Source: Anaeromyxobacter sp. (GTDB lineage Bacteria; Myxococcota; Myxococcia; Myxococcales; Anaeromyxobacteraceae). Taken from it: a stretch of DNA of 64,000 bases. Position numbers and translations under genes: made by a program. Shown in pieces: positions 30,211-38,954 of the stretch. How positions within the stretch are numbered: the stretch's first letter is position 1; each line of letters opens with the position of its first letter. The stretch is taken from the NCBI GenBank assembly GCA_049840735.1, contig JASGJN010000022.1:32001-96000 (forward strand), written 5' to 3'. Below the pieces are notes generated by a model that was not told where the DNA came from, did not search any database, and was given only the letters and a program-made list of their open reading frames with translations.

Positions 30211-33200
30211 CCCCGAGCACCTCGTATCGCCGCGCCGCCGCGCTGGCCCTGCTGTGGCTGGCGGCCGCCTGCGCGGGTCCCCGCGCCGGGACCTCCGCCG
30301 CCTTCGCCCCCGCGCCGCCGGCCGGGGATCCGGCCTGGGCCAGCCTGCAGCAGGCGCTGGAGGCGCGCCGCCTGCTGGACGGCCCCGGCGAGCTGCAGGC
30401 GCTGCTGGCCGTGGTGACCCGCGCGCCGCAGAGCCCGCTGGCCCCGCTGGCGCTGCGCCGCGTGGCCGAGCTGGCCGCCGCCGCGCCGGCGCTGGCGCAG
30501 GCCGCCGAGGCCGGGCTGGCGCCGCTGGTCGAGGCCGGCCGGCTGCAGGGGCTGACCGCCGCGCGGGCCCGCAGCGCCCGCGCCGTCGCGGCCGACGGGC
30601 TGGGCGATCCGGCCGCCTCGGCCCGGCACCGCGCGGGCTACGGCGCCGTCACCGCCTGGTCGCTGGCGGGGCCGTTCGTGCCGCTGGCGGCCATGGACTT
30701 CGACCTGGCGCTGCCCGGCGAGCGGGGGCCGCTCCCGGCCGAGGTGAGCGCCCCGGCGGGCCTGCCGCCGTTCCGGACGCGGGCGCTGCCCACGCCGGAC
30801 GGCACGCTGGCCCTGGAGGGCGAGCCCGGGCTCTGGGACGGCTACGTGCTGGCCTCGGAGGCCACGCTGGCGCGCGGCGGGGAGTACCTGCTGGTGATCG
30901 GCGGGGGATCCCTCGGTGCGCGTCTGGGTCGACGGGGAGCTGGTGCTGGAGCGGCGCGCGTTCGCCGGGTTCCCGGCCGAGCTGGCGGCGCTCCCGGTCA
31001 CGCTCCAGGCCGGCCCCCACCGGCTGGTGATCCGCGTGGCCCGCACCCCGGGCACGCGCAACTTCCTCCACGCCTCGCTGCCGCGCCAGGACGGCGCCCC
31101 CTCCGACGTCCGCTGGGCGGCGCCCGCCGGCAGCGGGGTGGCCCGCTTCGGCGCGGCCGGGGCCTCGCGGCTGCCGCCGCCGGCCCACCCGCTCCAGCCG
31201 GTGCTGGCCCCGCGGGCGGTGGTGGAGGCGCTCACGCCCGCGGCCGGCCCGGCGCTGGCCCGCGTGCTGGCCGCCCGCGACGCGCAGCTGACCGATCGCG
31301 AGACCGCCCGCGCGCTGCTGGCCGAGGCCGCGGCGCTGGAGCCTAAGTCACCCCTGGTGAATGTGGCGCTGGCGGCCGCGCTGCAGGGCGCGCCCGGGCT
31401 GGACGCCGGCGTGGCCGCGGCGCGGGCCGAGGCGTCCCTGCGCGAGGCGCTGCGGGCCGATCCGGCCCACGCCGAGGCGCGCGTGGCGCTGGCGCGGCTG
31501 CTGCTGGAGCAGGCGCGGAACGACGACGCCGAGGAGGCGCTGTCCGCGCTCGCCGGCGAGGCCGCCACCCGGCCGGCCGCGCTGGTGGCGCGGGCCCAGG
31601 TGGCGCTGGCGCGCGAGCTGACCGAGCCGGCCGAGGCGCTGGTGGCCGAGGCGCTCACCGCCGGCCCGACCTGCGAGGCGGCCGAGGTGGGGCTGGACCT
31701 GGCGGAGCGGCTGGGGGCGGCGGCGCGGATCGACGAGCGCGTGGCGGTGCTGGCGCGCTGCCGCGGCGCCGAGCGGCTGGCGCAGCACCGCCGGCAGCGC
31801 GGCGACGCGGCCGGCGCGCTGGCGGCGCTGGAGCCGGCGCTGGCCGTCCACCCCTGGGAGGTGAAGCTGGGGCTGGCCGCCGGCGAGGCGCTGGTGGCGG
31901 CCGGGCAGCCGGGCCAGGCGGTGGTCCGGCTGGAGCGGCTGGCGGCGCTCTGGCCGCGCAGCGATCGCGTCCTCACCGCGCTGGGGGAGGCGCGCGAGCT
32001 GGCCGGCGATCGCGCCGGCGCGCGGGCGGCCCGCGAGGCGGCGCTGCTCGCCGACGGCGCGGACCTCGACCTGCGCCGCGCGCTGGCGCTGGACGACGGG
32101 CACGAGCTGCTGGACGACCTGGCCGAGGACGGCCCGGCCGCCATCCAGCGCTACCTGACCTCCGGGCGCGCCGGCGGCATCTCCTCGGCGCTGGTGCTGG
32201 ACGCCGCCGCGGTGGACCTGCACCCCGGCGGCGCCGCCACCGAGCGGACGCACCAGATCTTCCACGTGCTCGACCAGGGCGGCGTGGAGCGGCTGGGCGA
32301 GGTGAGCCTGCCCCGCGGCGCCCAGCTGCTGCGGCTGCGGACCCTGAAGCCGGACGGCCGCGCGCTGGAGCCGGAGCAGGCCGGGAGCGGCAAGGGCTCC
32401 ATCTCGCTGGCGGGCCTGGAGCCGGGCGACCTGATCGAGCTGGAGTACCTGCGCGCGCTGCCGGCCCGCGCCGAGGGCGGCACGCCGGGCGCGTTCTACT
32501 TCCAGGAGACCGGCGAGGCCCTCGCGCGCTCCACCTACGTGGTGCGGGCGCCGGCGGGGATGGGGCTGGGGGCGGAGGGCGCCCAGATGCCCGACCCCGA
32601 GGTGAAGCGCGAGGGCGGCTACGACGTGCTCCGGGTCGAGCGCACCGACATGCCGGCCCGCGTGCCGGAGCCGTTCGCGCCGGCGCAGACGGAGTGGATC
32701 CCCTTCGTCACGGCCGGCGTGGGGGGCAGCTGGCAGACGGTGGCGCGCGGCGGCGGCGAGGCCATCGCCGCGCGCGTGCGGGCCACGGCGGAGGTGCGCG
32801 CGCTGGCCGACGCCGTCCGCGCCGAGGCCGGTCCGGACGCCGCGCCCGAGGCGCTGGCGCGGGCCGCCTACGCCCGCGTGCAGCGGTCCATCCTGGGCAG
32901 CGGCAGCAACCTGGCCGAGGACGCCGCCCTGGTGCTCTCGCGCGGCCGCGGCAGCCGGCTCCTGCTGCTGGACGCGGTGCTGCAGGCGCTGGGGCTCCCC
33001 ACGCGCGTGGCGGTGGTGAAGCCCTTCACCGCCGACCCGGCCTCCCGCCGCTACCCGTCCAACTCCGCCTGGTCGGCCCCGCTGCTGCGGGTGCAGGCCG
33101 GCGCGGCCACGCTCTGGCTCTGATCCCCTCCAGCCGCGGCATGCCCTTCGGCGGCTTCGACGGGGTGCTGGGCGGGTGCGAGGCGCTGGTGATCCCGGCG

Positions 33201-33881
33201 CCGGGCGAGGCGCCGGCGCTGGTGCAGACCCCGCCCGCGCCGGCGGTGCCCGACGCGCACGCCGTGCGCCTGAGGGTGGTGCTGGCGCAGGACGGTGGCG
33301 CCGAGCTGGAGGGAGCGCTCACCTGGTCGGGCGCCTCCGCGTCGGAGCTGCGCGACGCGCTGGAGCCCGCCGACGCGCTGCAGCGGCGCCAGGGGTTCGA
33401 GCGGCTGCTCTCGCGCCAGTTCCCGGGGCTGGTGGTCGAGGACCTGGCGGCGGTGGCGGAGGACGAGCCCGAGCAGCCGTTCGAGATCCGCTGGAAGGGG
33501 CGGGCGCCGGGCGTGGCCCGGCCGTCGGCGGACGGCGGCCTGGAGATCGACGCGCCGCTCTTCCCGTTCATGCTGACCGCCACGTACGGGCAGGTAGGCA
33601 CGCGGCAGCTGCCGCTGCTGGTGGAGCGGGAGCCCGTGGCGCAGCGCATCGAGGTGGTCGCGCCGGCCGGGCTCGAGCTGGCCGCCTCCTCGCCGCGCCA
33701 GGTCGAGACGCCGTACGGGCGCTATCGACGCGTGGAGAAGGTTACCGGGCAGGCGCTCGTCCGCGAGGAGCAGCTGGAGCTCTCGCGGTCGCGCATCCCC
33801 CCCGAGCGGTACCCCGCGTTCGCCGGCTTCGCGGCGTCCATCGACAGCCTCCAGCAGGAGCCGGTGCGGCTCACCCGTTGA
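30207..33881 (+). CDS. Second TPR + DUF3857/transglutaminase-like lipoprotein, frameshifts at about 30905 (+1) and about 33121 (+2)
   Basis: ATGA overlap, lipobox AAAC, WSLAGPF, GLEPGDLIELEY. WLDPS is recoverable across the break; the C-terminus RSRIPPERYPAF parallels the upstream gene's RSRIAPADYPSF. Confidence 0.8.
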
Positions 33882-33976
33882 GCCCGCACCCGGGGTGCGT
33901 CCCCACCCGCAGCCCCGAGCGGGAGAAACCGGCGCGATCGGGCCGAAGATCGCGCCGGCGCCGGGCGTCGCCAGCA

Positions 33977-33992
33977 CGGCACGCCCGGTGCA
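33977..33992 (+). promoter_or_regulatory. Putative sigma54 -24/-12 promoter
   Basis: CGGCACG-CCCG-GTGCA with exact GG-N10-GC spacing; nearly identical to the site at 60115-60130. Confidence 0.55.
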
Positions 33993-34005
33993 AACGTGTT
34001 CGAGC

Positions 34006-34263
34006 GTGAGCGTCATCGTCCAGATCGCAGCGGGTCTCTGCCAGGTGCTCCTGGTGGCCCTGACCCCTCCTCCCGCTGCGTGCCGGTTCCCGTCCACTCC
34101 TCCGCCGTCCGCGGTCAGCGTCCTCCCCCCGACCGCGCCGCGAGACGGTTCCACTGGATGGGCCCCGCTGGACGTTGAGGCTCACGTTTCGGGAGGGCGC
34201 CCGCTTCCCCGGGCGGGCGCCCTCCAAGCTGTACCGCCGGACCGTTGCTGCCCTGCTGCGTGA
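34006..34263 (+). CDS. Possible small protein (85 aa, hydrophobic N-terminus, Pro-rich); alternatively a non-coding RNA
   Basis: GTG-SVIVQIAAGLCQVLLVALTPPP...; sits between the sigma54-like promoter and a terminator hairpin, but has no RBS. Confidence 0.4.
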   Translation: MSVIVQIAAGLCQVLLVALTPPPAACRFPSTPPPSAVSVLPPTAPRDGSTGWAPLDVEAHVSGGRPLPRAGALQAVPPDRCCPAA

Positions 34264-34297
34264 AGGCCCGCCCACCCCAGCGGGCCTTCGGTTCTTC
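34262..34297 (+). terminator. Putative intrinsic terminator
   Basis: GAAGGCCCGC-CCACCCCA-GCGGGCCTTC followed by GGTTCTTC. Confidence 0.55.
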
Positions 34298-34350
34298 AGG
34301 GAGGCGGGCGCGGGGGGGATCCGATCGCTGACCTGATGGTTCCGGCCGCT

Positions 34351-34560
34351 GGTGGTGGGGTCCTGCCGACGGTGGTGGGGTCCTGCCGACGGTGGTGGGG
34401 TTCTGCCGACGGTGGTGGGGTTCTGCCGACGGTGGTGGGGTTCTGCCGACGGTGGTGGGGTTCTGCCGACGGTGGTGGGGTTCTGCCGACGGTGGTGGGG
34501 TTCTGCCGACGGTGGTGGGGTTCTGCCGACGGTGGTGGGGTTCTGCCGACGGTGGTGGGG
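34351..34560. repeat. 20-bp tandem repeat (VNTR), 10.5 copies
   Basis: (GGTGGTGGGGTYCTGCCGAC)n; first two units have TCC, the next eight TTC; no spacers. Confidence 0.98.
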
Positions 34561-34599
34561 CGCGGGGGCCCTGCCCCGCGCCTGTGGGCGGAGCCGGAT

Positions 34600-34822
34600 T
34601 GAGGGGGCGTGGTGAGGGGGCTGGGGAAGGGGAGGGGCGGCGCGGGGCGGCGCGGGGCCGGGCGGGGCGGGGCGGAGGCGGCGCGGGGCGGGGCCGGGCG
34701 GGGCGGCGCGGGGCCGGGCGGGGCGGCGCGGGGCCGGGCGGGGCCGGGCGGGGCGGAGGCGGCGCGGAACCGGGGCGGCGCGAGGCGGAGGCGGCGCGGG
34801 GCGGAGGCGGCGTCCCGGCGGG
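34600..34822 (+). repeat. G-rich low-complexity tract (GGCGG/GGCGC/GGCCG pentamers)
   Basis: Nearly T-free, strand-asymmetric run with many GGG/GGGG blocks. Confidence 0.85.
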
Positions 34823-34835
34823 GTGAGTTTACTTA

Positions 34836-34858
34836 CTCCAGCGAATGCGCCCTTGGAG
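34836..34858 (+). repeat. 23-bp hairpin direct repeat, copy 1
   Basis: CTCCAGCGAATGCGCCCTTGGAG, identical to 36420-36442. Confidence 0.95.
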
Positions 34859-34901
34859 GGATCCGGGATGGGGTCAGGTCATTACAGATGGCGTTGGGTG
34901 T

Positions 34902-34954
34902 CCGTTCGGGCTGAGCGTAGCGAGCCCGCAGGGCTCGCGGAGTCGAAGCCCAGG
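34902..34954 (-). repeat. REP-like element
   Basis: Near-identical to the copies at 3928-3980 and 9164-9216. Confidence 0.9.
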
Positions 34955-35227
34955 GCCATGAGCGACCCGCGCTGGATCAAGTGGGGCTCCTCGCAGACTT
35001 CGACGGATTTCGCTTGACGCGAATTGGCGCGGAGCGGTTTCCGCGCCGCAGGGCAGCAGGGGATCGCTCTCCTGCAGCGCTCCACGCGATCTCCGCGGCG
35101 CGCGAGGAGGGCCGTGAGGGAGCGGAGATGGGCTCTCGAGATCTCGCGCCGGCGGCGGTGCCAGGGGCCTCGCCGAGCGTCTCGAAAACCGCGGTTAGCA
35201 TGGCTGCATCTGCTGGAGGTGCACGCC

Positions 35228-36463
35228 ATGGCCGCTCGACTCGATCTGCTCGACAACAACTCCCTCATCGCCCTCGTGAAGTCGCTCGCTGCGGACGAGC
35301 GAGGCATCAAGGTCGAGTCCCTGCTTGCGCTTGCGGAGGTGGAGCGGCGGAAGTTCTACCTGGACCTGGGCTACCCCTCGCTCTGGGCCTTCTGCCGGGA
35401 GGTGCTGCACCTTCTGGAAGGCGGCGCGTACCGGCGGATCACGGCCATGCGCCTCCTCTCCCGGTTTCCCTCCCTCGAGGCGCCTCTGCGCGACGGTCGG
35501 CTCTCGCTCACCACGCTGGGCATGCTCCGCGACGTGCTGACGGAGGAGAGCCTGGAGGCGCTGGTCGGACAGGCGGCCTTCAAGTCCAAGGCCGAGGTGG
35601 AGCGGCTGGTGGTGACCATCAAGCCGCGGGCGGCGCCGAAGGATGGGCTGCGGCGGATCCCTTCCTCGCCGCCGCCTGGCGCCCCTCAGCCTCGTCCGGT
35701 GGATCGAGAGGGTGTGACTGCACCGGCGAACGAGCTGGTCGAGGCGGCTCCCCTCCGGCCTCAGGAGCCGGCCGAGTCCTCGGTGCTCTCCCTTCCGCTC
35801 GCTGCACCATCCCCTGCGCCCAGCCGCCCCGAGCTGCGGCCGGTGAACGCCGAGCAGTGGTCGATGCGCGTCACGCTGGACGAGGCGGCCCACGCCGACC
35901 TCGAGACCCTCCGTGAACTCCTCTCCCACAAGATTCCGGACGGGAACCTCGACGACGTCCTCAAGGAAGCGCTCCGCTGCGCGGTCGAGAAGCATGCCAA
36001 GCGGAAGGGTGCGGTGGAGCTGGCCAGGGCGGCTGCTCCCGTGGTCACCGCGCCGGCGGCCTCGGCGCCGGCGGCCGTCTCCGCGCCGGTTGCAATGCCG
36101 GTTCCGGCCCCCGCTCCCTCCAGCGACCTGCTCCCGCTCCTTGCCACCGCCTACCGCTTCGACCCTCGCACTGTCACCGCCGAGGTTCGGCGCATGGTCT
36201 GGGCGCGCGACGGCGGCTGCTGCTCCTACGTCTCCCCCGACGGTCACCGCTGCTCCAGCCGCTGGCAGCTGGAGCTGGACCACGTCGACCCGGAGGCGAT
36301 GGGCGGGCCGCCCACCCTCCCCAACCTTCGGCTCCGCTGCCGGGGGCACAACCTCTGGGCGGCGGTCGAGGCCTACGGGCGCGAGAAGATGGCGGCCTTC
36401 GTCCCCTCGCTTTCACTTCCTCCAGCGAATGCGCCCTTGGAGTGCGACCGGCGGCGCGGGTGA
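35228..36463 (+). CDS. HNH endonuclease with helical (DUF222-like) N-terminal region
   Basis: RBS GGAGGT. N-terminal LAEVERRKFYLDLGYPSLWAFC...LRDGRLSLT; C-terminal VWARDGGCCSY...RC...ELDHVDP..GG...NLRLRCRGHN. More A/T-ending codons than flanking genes. Confidence 0.9.
   Translation: MAARLDLLDNNSLIALVKSLAADERGIKVESLLALAEVERRKFYLDLGYPSLWAFCREVLHLLEGGAYRRITAMRLLSRFPSLEAPLRDGRLSLTTLGMLRDVLTEESLEALVGQAAFKSKAEVERLVVTIKPRAAPKDGLRRIPSSPPPGAPQPRPVDREGVTAPANELVEAAPLRPQEPAESSVLSLPLAAPSPAPSRPELRPVNAEQWSMRVTLDEAAHADLETLRELLSHKIPDGNLDDVLKEALRCAVEKHAKRKGAVELARAAAPVVTAPAASAPAAVSAPVAMPVPAPAPSSDLLPLLATAYRFDPRTVTAEVRRMVWARDGGCCSYVSPDGHRCSSRWQLELDHVDPEAMGGPPTLPNLRLRCRGHNLWAAVEAYGREKMAAFVPSLSLPPANAPLECDRRRG
36420..36442 (+). 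repeat. 23-bp hairpin direct repeat, copy 2 (inside the last codons of the HNH gene)
   Basis: Identical to 34836-34858; the preceding TTT(C)ACTT is also shared. Confidence 0.95.
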
Positions 36464-36480
36464 GCAGGGGCGCAGCGACC

Positions 36481-37089
36481 TCAACCCTGCGGCGCCGCCC
36501 CGAACGTCACCTCGGTGAAGCCCAGCGGCAAGAGCAGCGCCCGCAGGTCGCGCTCGGCCGACTCCCGCGCCCGCGCCTGCAGCGCCCGGTCGGCGCGCAC
36601 CTCGCGCTCGAAGGCGGCCCGCGCCAGCTCCAGCAGCCGGGCGGTCTGGGCGCTGTCCAGGTTGGAGCCGATAACCTCGGTGTCGGCGGGGCGCAGCGCC
36701 ACCTTCACCGTCAGCGGAGGGAGCGTGAGCTCCACGCGCTTGCCGATCACGCGCACGCTGGAGGCGTCCAGCTTGGAAAGGTCCAGCCCGAGCGTCGCGT
36801 CGGCGAAGACGATGGCGCGACCGCGGGGCGTGTTGAAGGTGTCCTTCAGCCATCCGGCCACGTCGCCCCAGAACGAGCCGGCGGGCGCGGGGTCGGGCGA
36901 GAAGTCGATCTTCTTGTAGAGCGTCACCTCCAGCGCCTCGAGGCGTGCCACCTCGCGGATCCTGAAGGCCACCGCGGGCGGGTCCGGCACCCCCGGGGCG
37001 CGCGGGAAGAGGCGGAACACCAGGGCGGCGCCCAGGCCGACGGCCAGGCCGAAGACGACGAGCAGGACGAGGCCGCGGAGGAGGCGCAT
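36481..37089 (-). CDS. DUF4230-like membrane-anchored protein
   Basis: N-terminal TM, IREVARLEAL, ATLGLDLSKL, VELTLPP, LLLPLGF. Confidence 0.7.
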   Translation of the reverse strand: MRLLRGLVLLVVFGLAVGLGAALVFRLFPRAPGVPDPPAVAFRIREVARLEALEVTLYKKIDFSPDPAPAGSFWGDVAGWLKDTFNTPRGRAIVFADATLGLDLSKLDASSVRVIGKRVELTLPPLTVKVALRPADTEVIGSNLDSAQTARLLELARAAFEREVRADRALQARARESAERDLRALLLPLGFTEVTFGAAPQG

Positions 37090-37098
37090 GGCCCGATG

Positions 37099-37614
37099 TT
37101 ACCGCGAGCGGAGGCGGCGTGGGCTGGCGGGCTTCCCGGCCTTGGTGGCGCCGGTGGGCTTGCCGGGCCTCTTGGCCCTGGTGCTCCTGGAGGTCCCGGC
37201 CGGCTTGCGCGTCTTCGCGGCCGCCTTCGCCGCGCCCGTCCGCTCCCGCTCCGCCTTGCGGGCCGCCGCGGCCGCCGCCTTCTTCGCCTTCTCGTCGCGC
37301 TTGCGGAGCGCGGCCTCCAGCGCGGCCCGCGCCCAGGGCAGCATGGCCTCGGCGTCCTCGTGCGCGTCGTCCGGCGGGCGGTAGTAGGGCGTGCTGGCCG
37401 CGCCGGGGAAGACCCACATCCGGCAGCCGGCGTCGGTGAAGCGGGCGCGGCAGAGGTCGTCGGTCTTGAGGAACAGCTCGTCGTCGTCGAGCAGGCCGAA
37501 CATCACGCCGCGGGCGTAGAGCCCGTGGCCGCCGAACATGGGACGGGCCTGCACCGGGCCGAGCCCGGTCAGGAGATCGAGGGCGAAGTCGACGAAGCTG
37601 GGCGCGTTGGACAT
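37099..37614 (-). CDS. TfoX/Sxy N-terminal domain protein with basic tail
   Basis: ARPMFGGHGLY..GVMFGL..DELFLKTD...YYRPP...WARAA. Confidence 0.88.
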   Translation of the reverse strand: MSNAPSFVDFALDLLTGLGPVQARPMFGGHGLYARGVMFGLLDDDELFLKTDDLCRARFTDAGCRMWVFPGAASTPYYRPPDDAHEDAEAMLPWARAALEAALRKRDEKAKKAAAAAARKAERERTGAAKAAAKTRKPAGTSRSTRAKRPGKPTGATKAGKPASPRRLRSR

Positions 37615-37646
37615 GCGTTCCAGCCTACCGCGCCGGGCCCACTGCT

Positions 37647-38798
37647 TCACTCGAAGAGCCGCCCCGCGACCCCGCTGTGGACCTCCATCCCTCGCGCGGT
37701 CAGCACCAGCCGGCCGCCGCGCGCCACCGCCAGCCGGCGGCGGAGCAGCAGCCGGACCTCGGCCTGCTGCGCCGGGGAGAGCCCCTCCAGCGGCGCGCCG
37801 GCGGTGGTCCGCAGCGCCAGCATGAGGCGCTCGTTCCGCTCGGCCGGCGCGTCCAGCGGGTCCTCCTCGCCGGTGGGGAGCCGCCCCGCCTCCACCGCCG
37901 CCAGCCACTCGCCGGCGTCGCGCAGGTTGGCGTAGCGCAGCCCCGGGGCGCCGTCCTCGCCGCGGCGGCAGCCGCTGGCGCCGGCGCCCAGCCCCAGGTA
38001 GCTCTCGCTCTCCCAGTAGAGCCGGTTGTGGGCCGACTCCAGCCCGGGCCGGGCGAAGTTGGAGATCTCGTAGCGGCGCAGCCCGGCGCGGCGCAGGGCG
38101 GCGCGGAGCGCGCGCGCCTGGGCCAGCGTCTCCTCCTCCGAGGGCAGCGGCAGCCGCCCCTCGCGCGCCAGCCGCACGAAGGGCACCTCCTCCGCCAGCG
38201 CCTCGGCCTCCACGGTGAGCGCGTAGGCTGAGACGTGCCCGGCCCCGGCCGCCACCGCCCGGGCCGCGTCGGCGGCGGCGGTGGCCGCGGTGGAGCGGCG
38301 CGCGCCGTAGATCAGGTCCACGCTCACGTTGCCGAAGACCTGCGCGGCCTGGCGGATGGCCTGCTCGGCCCGCTCCGCCCCGTGGCGGCGCCCCAGCTTG
38401 GCCAGCACGCCCGGGTCGAAGGACTGCACGCCGATGGAGACCCGGTTCACGCCCGCGGCGCGCCAGGCGGCCAGGCGCTCAGGGTCGCAGGACTCCGGGT
38501 TCACCTCCAGCGTCAGCTCCTGCGCCGGCTCCGCGCCGGCGGCGAAGGTCGCGCGGACATCGGCGAGGACCTGCGCGATCTCCCCCGGCGCCCAGAGCGA
38601 GGGCGTGCCGCCGCCCAGGTAGATGGAGCGGAGCGCGAGCCCCTGGAACGCCGCGGCGCGCAGCGCCAGCTCGGCCCGCACCGCGCGCGCGTAGCGCCCA
38701 TCCGCCGGCGGCCGCGCGGTGGTGACCGCGAAGTCGCAGTACGGGCACCGGTGGGTGCAGTAGGGGAAGTGGACGTAGACGCCGAGCGGGCGCGCCAT
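37647..38798 (-). CDS. hemW: Radical SAM heme chaperone HemW
   Basis: YVHFPYCTHRCPYCDF (CxxxCxxC+DF), GGGTPS, YEISNFA, HNRLYW. Confidence 0.93.
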   Translation of the reverse strand: MARPLGVYVHFPYCTHRCPYCDFAVTTARPPADGRYARAVRAELALRAAAFQGLALRSIYLGGGTPSLWAPGEIAQVLADVRATFAAGAEPAQELTLEVNPESCDPERLAAWRAAGVNRVSIGVQSFDPGVLAKLGRRHGAERAEQAIRQAAQVFGNVSVDLIYGARRSTAATAAADAARAVAAGAGHVSAYALTVEAEALAEEVPFVRLAREGRLPLPSEEETLAQARALRAALRRAGLRRYEISNFARPGLESAHNRLYWESESYLGLGAGASGCRRGEDGAPGLRYANLRDAGEWLAAVEAGRLPTGEEDPLDAPAERNERLMLALRTTAGAPLEGLSPAQQAEVRLLLRRRLAVARGGRLVLTARGMEVHSGVAGRLFE

Positions 38799-38817
38799 CG
38801 GAACGGTTGTAGCCCCT

Positions 38818-38951
38818 GCCCTTCGACTCCGCGAGCCCTTCGGGCTCGCTACGCTCAGGGCGAACGGGGGCCTGGCTGCGATGGCGGGGATCGCCCATCC
38901 GTTCGGCCTGAGCGTAGCCGCCGCGGAGCGGCGGCGGAGTCGAAGGCCAGG
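38818..38951. repeat. Inverted REP-like pair (38818-38867, 38899-38951)
   Basis: Same conserved motif, filling the gap upstream of hemW. Confidence 0.9.
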
Positions 38952-38954
38952 GAC

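Noticed and set aside
33121..33123. Selenocysteine or readthrough TGA
   Set aside because: The coding sequence continues in a different frame; removing two bases restores the expected WLDPS motif.
34140..34175. IS110-type non-coding end (GGGGCCCATCCAGTGGAA on the minus strand looked familiar)
   Set aside because: Only a vague recollection; no IS110 recombinase is in the window and I cannot verify it without a search.
34186..34299. Hammerhead ribozyme on the minus strand (CTGAAGA...CGAAAC)
   Set aside because: The two core motifs are about 100 nt apart and the flanking bases do not form stem II.
34351..34560. CRISPR array
   Set aside because: Units abut directly with no unique spacers, and there are no cas genes.
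35228..36463. IscB/Cas9-like RNA-guided nuclease
   Set aside because: No PLMP or RuvC motifs are seen; the HNH is C-terminal after a helical domain.
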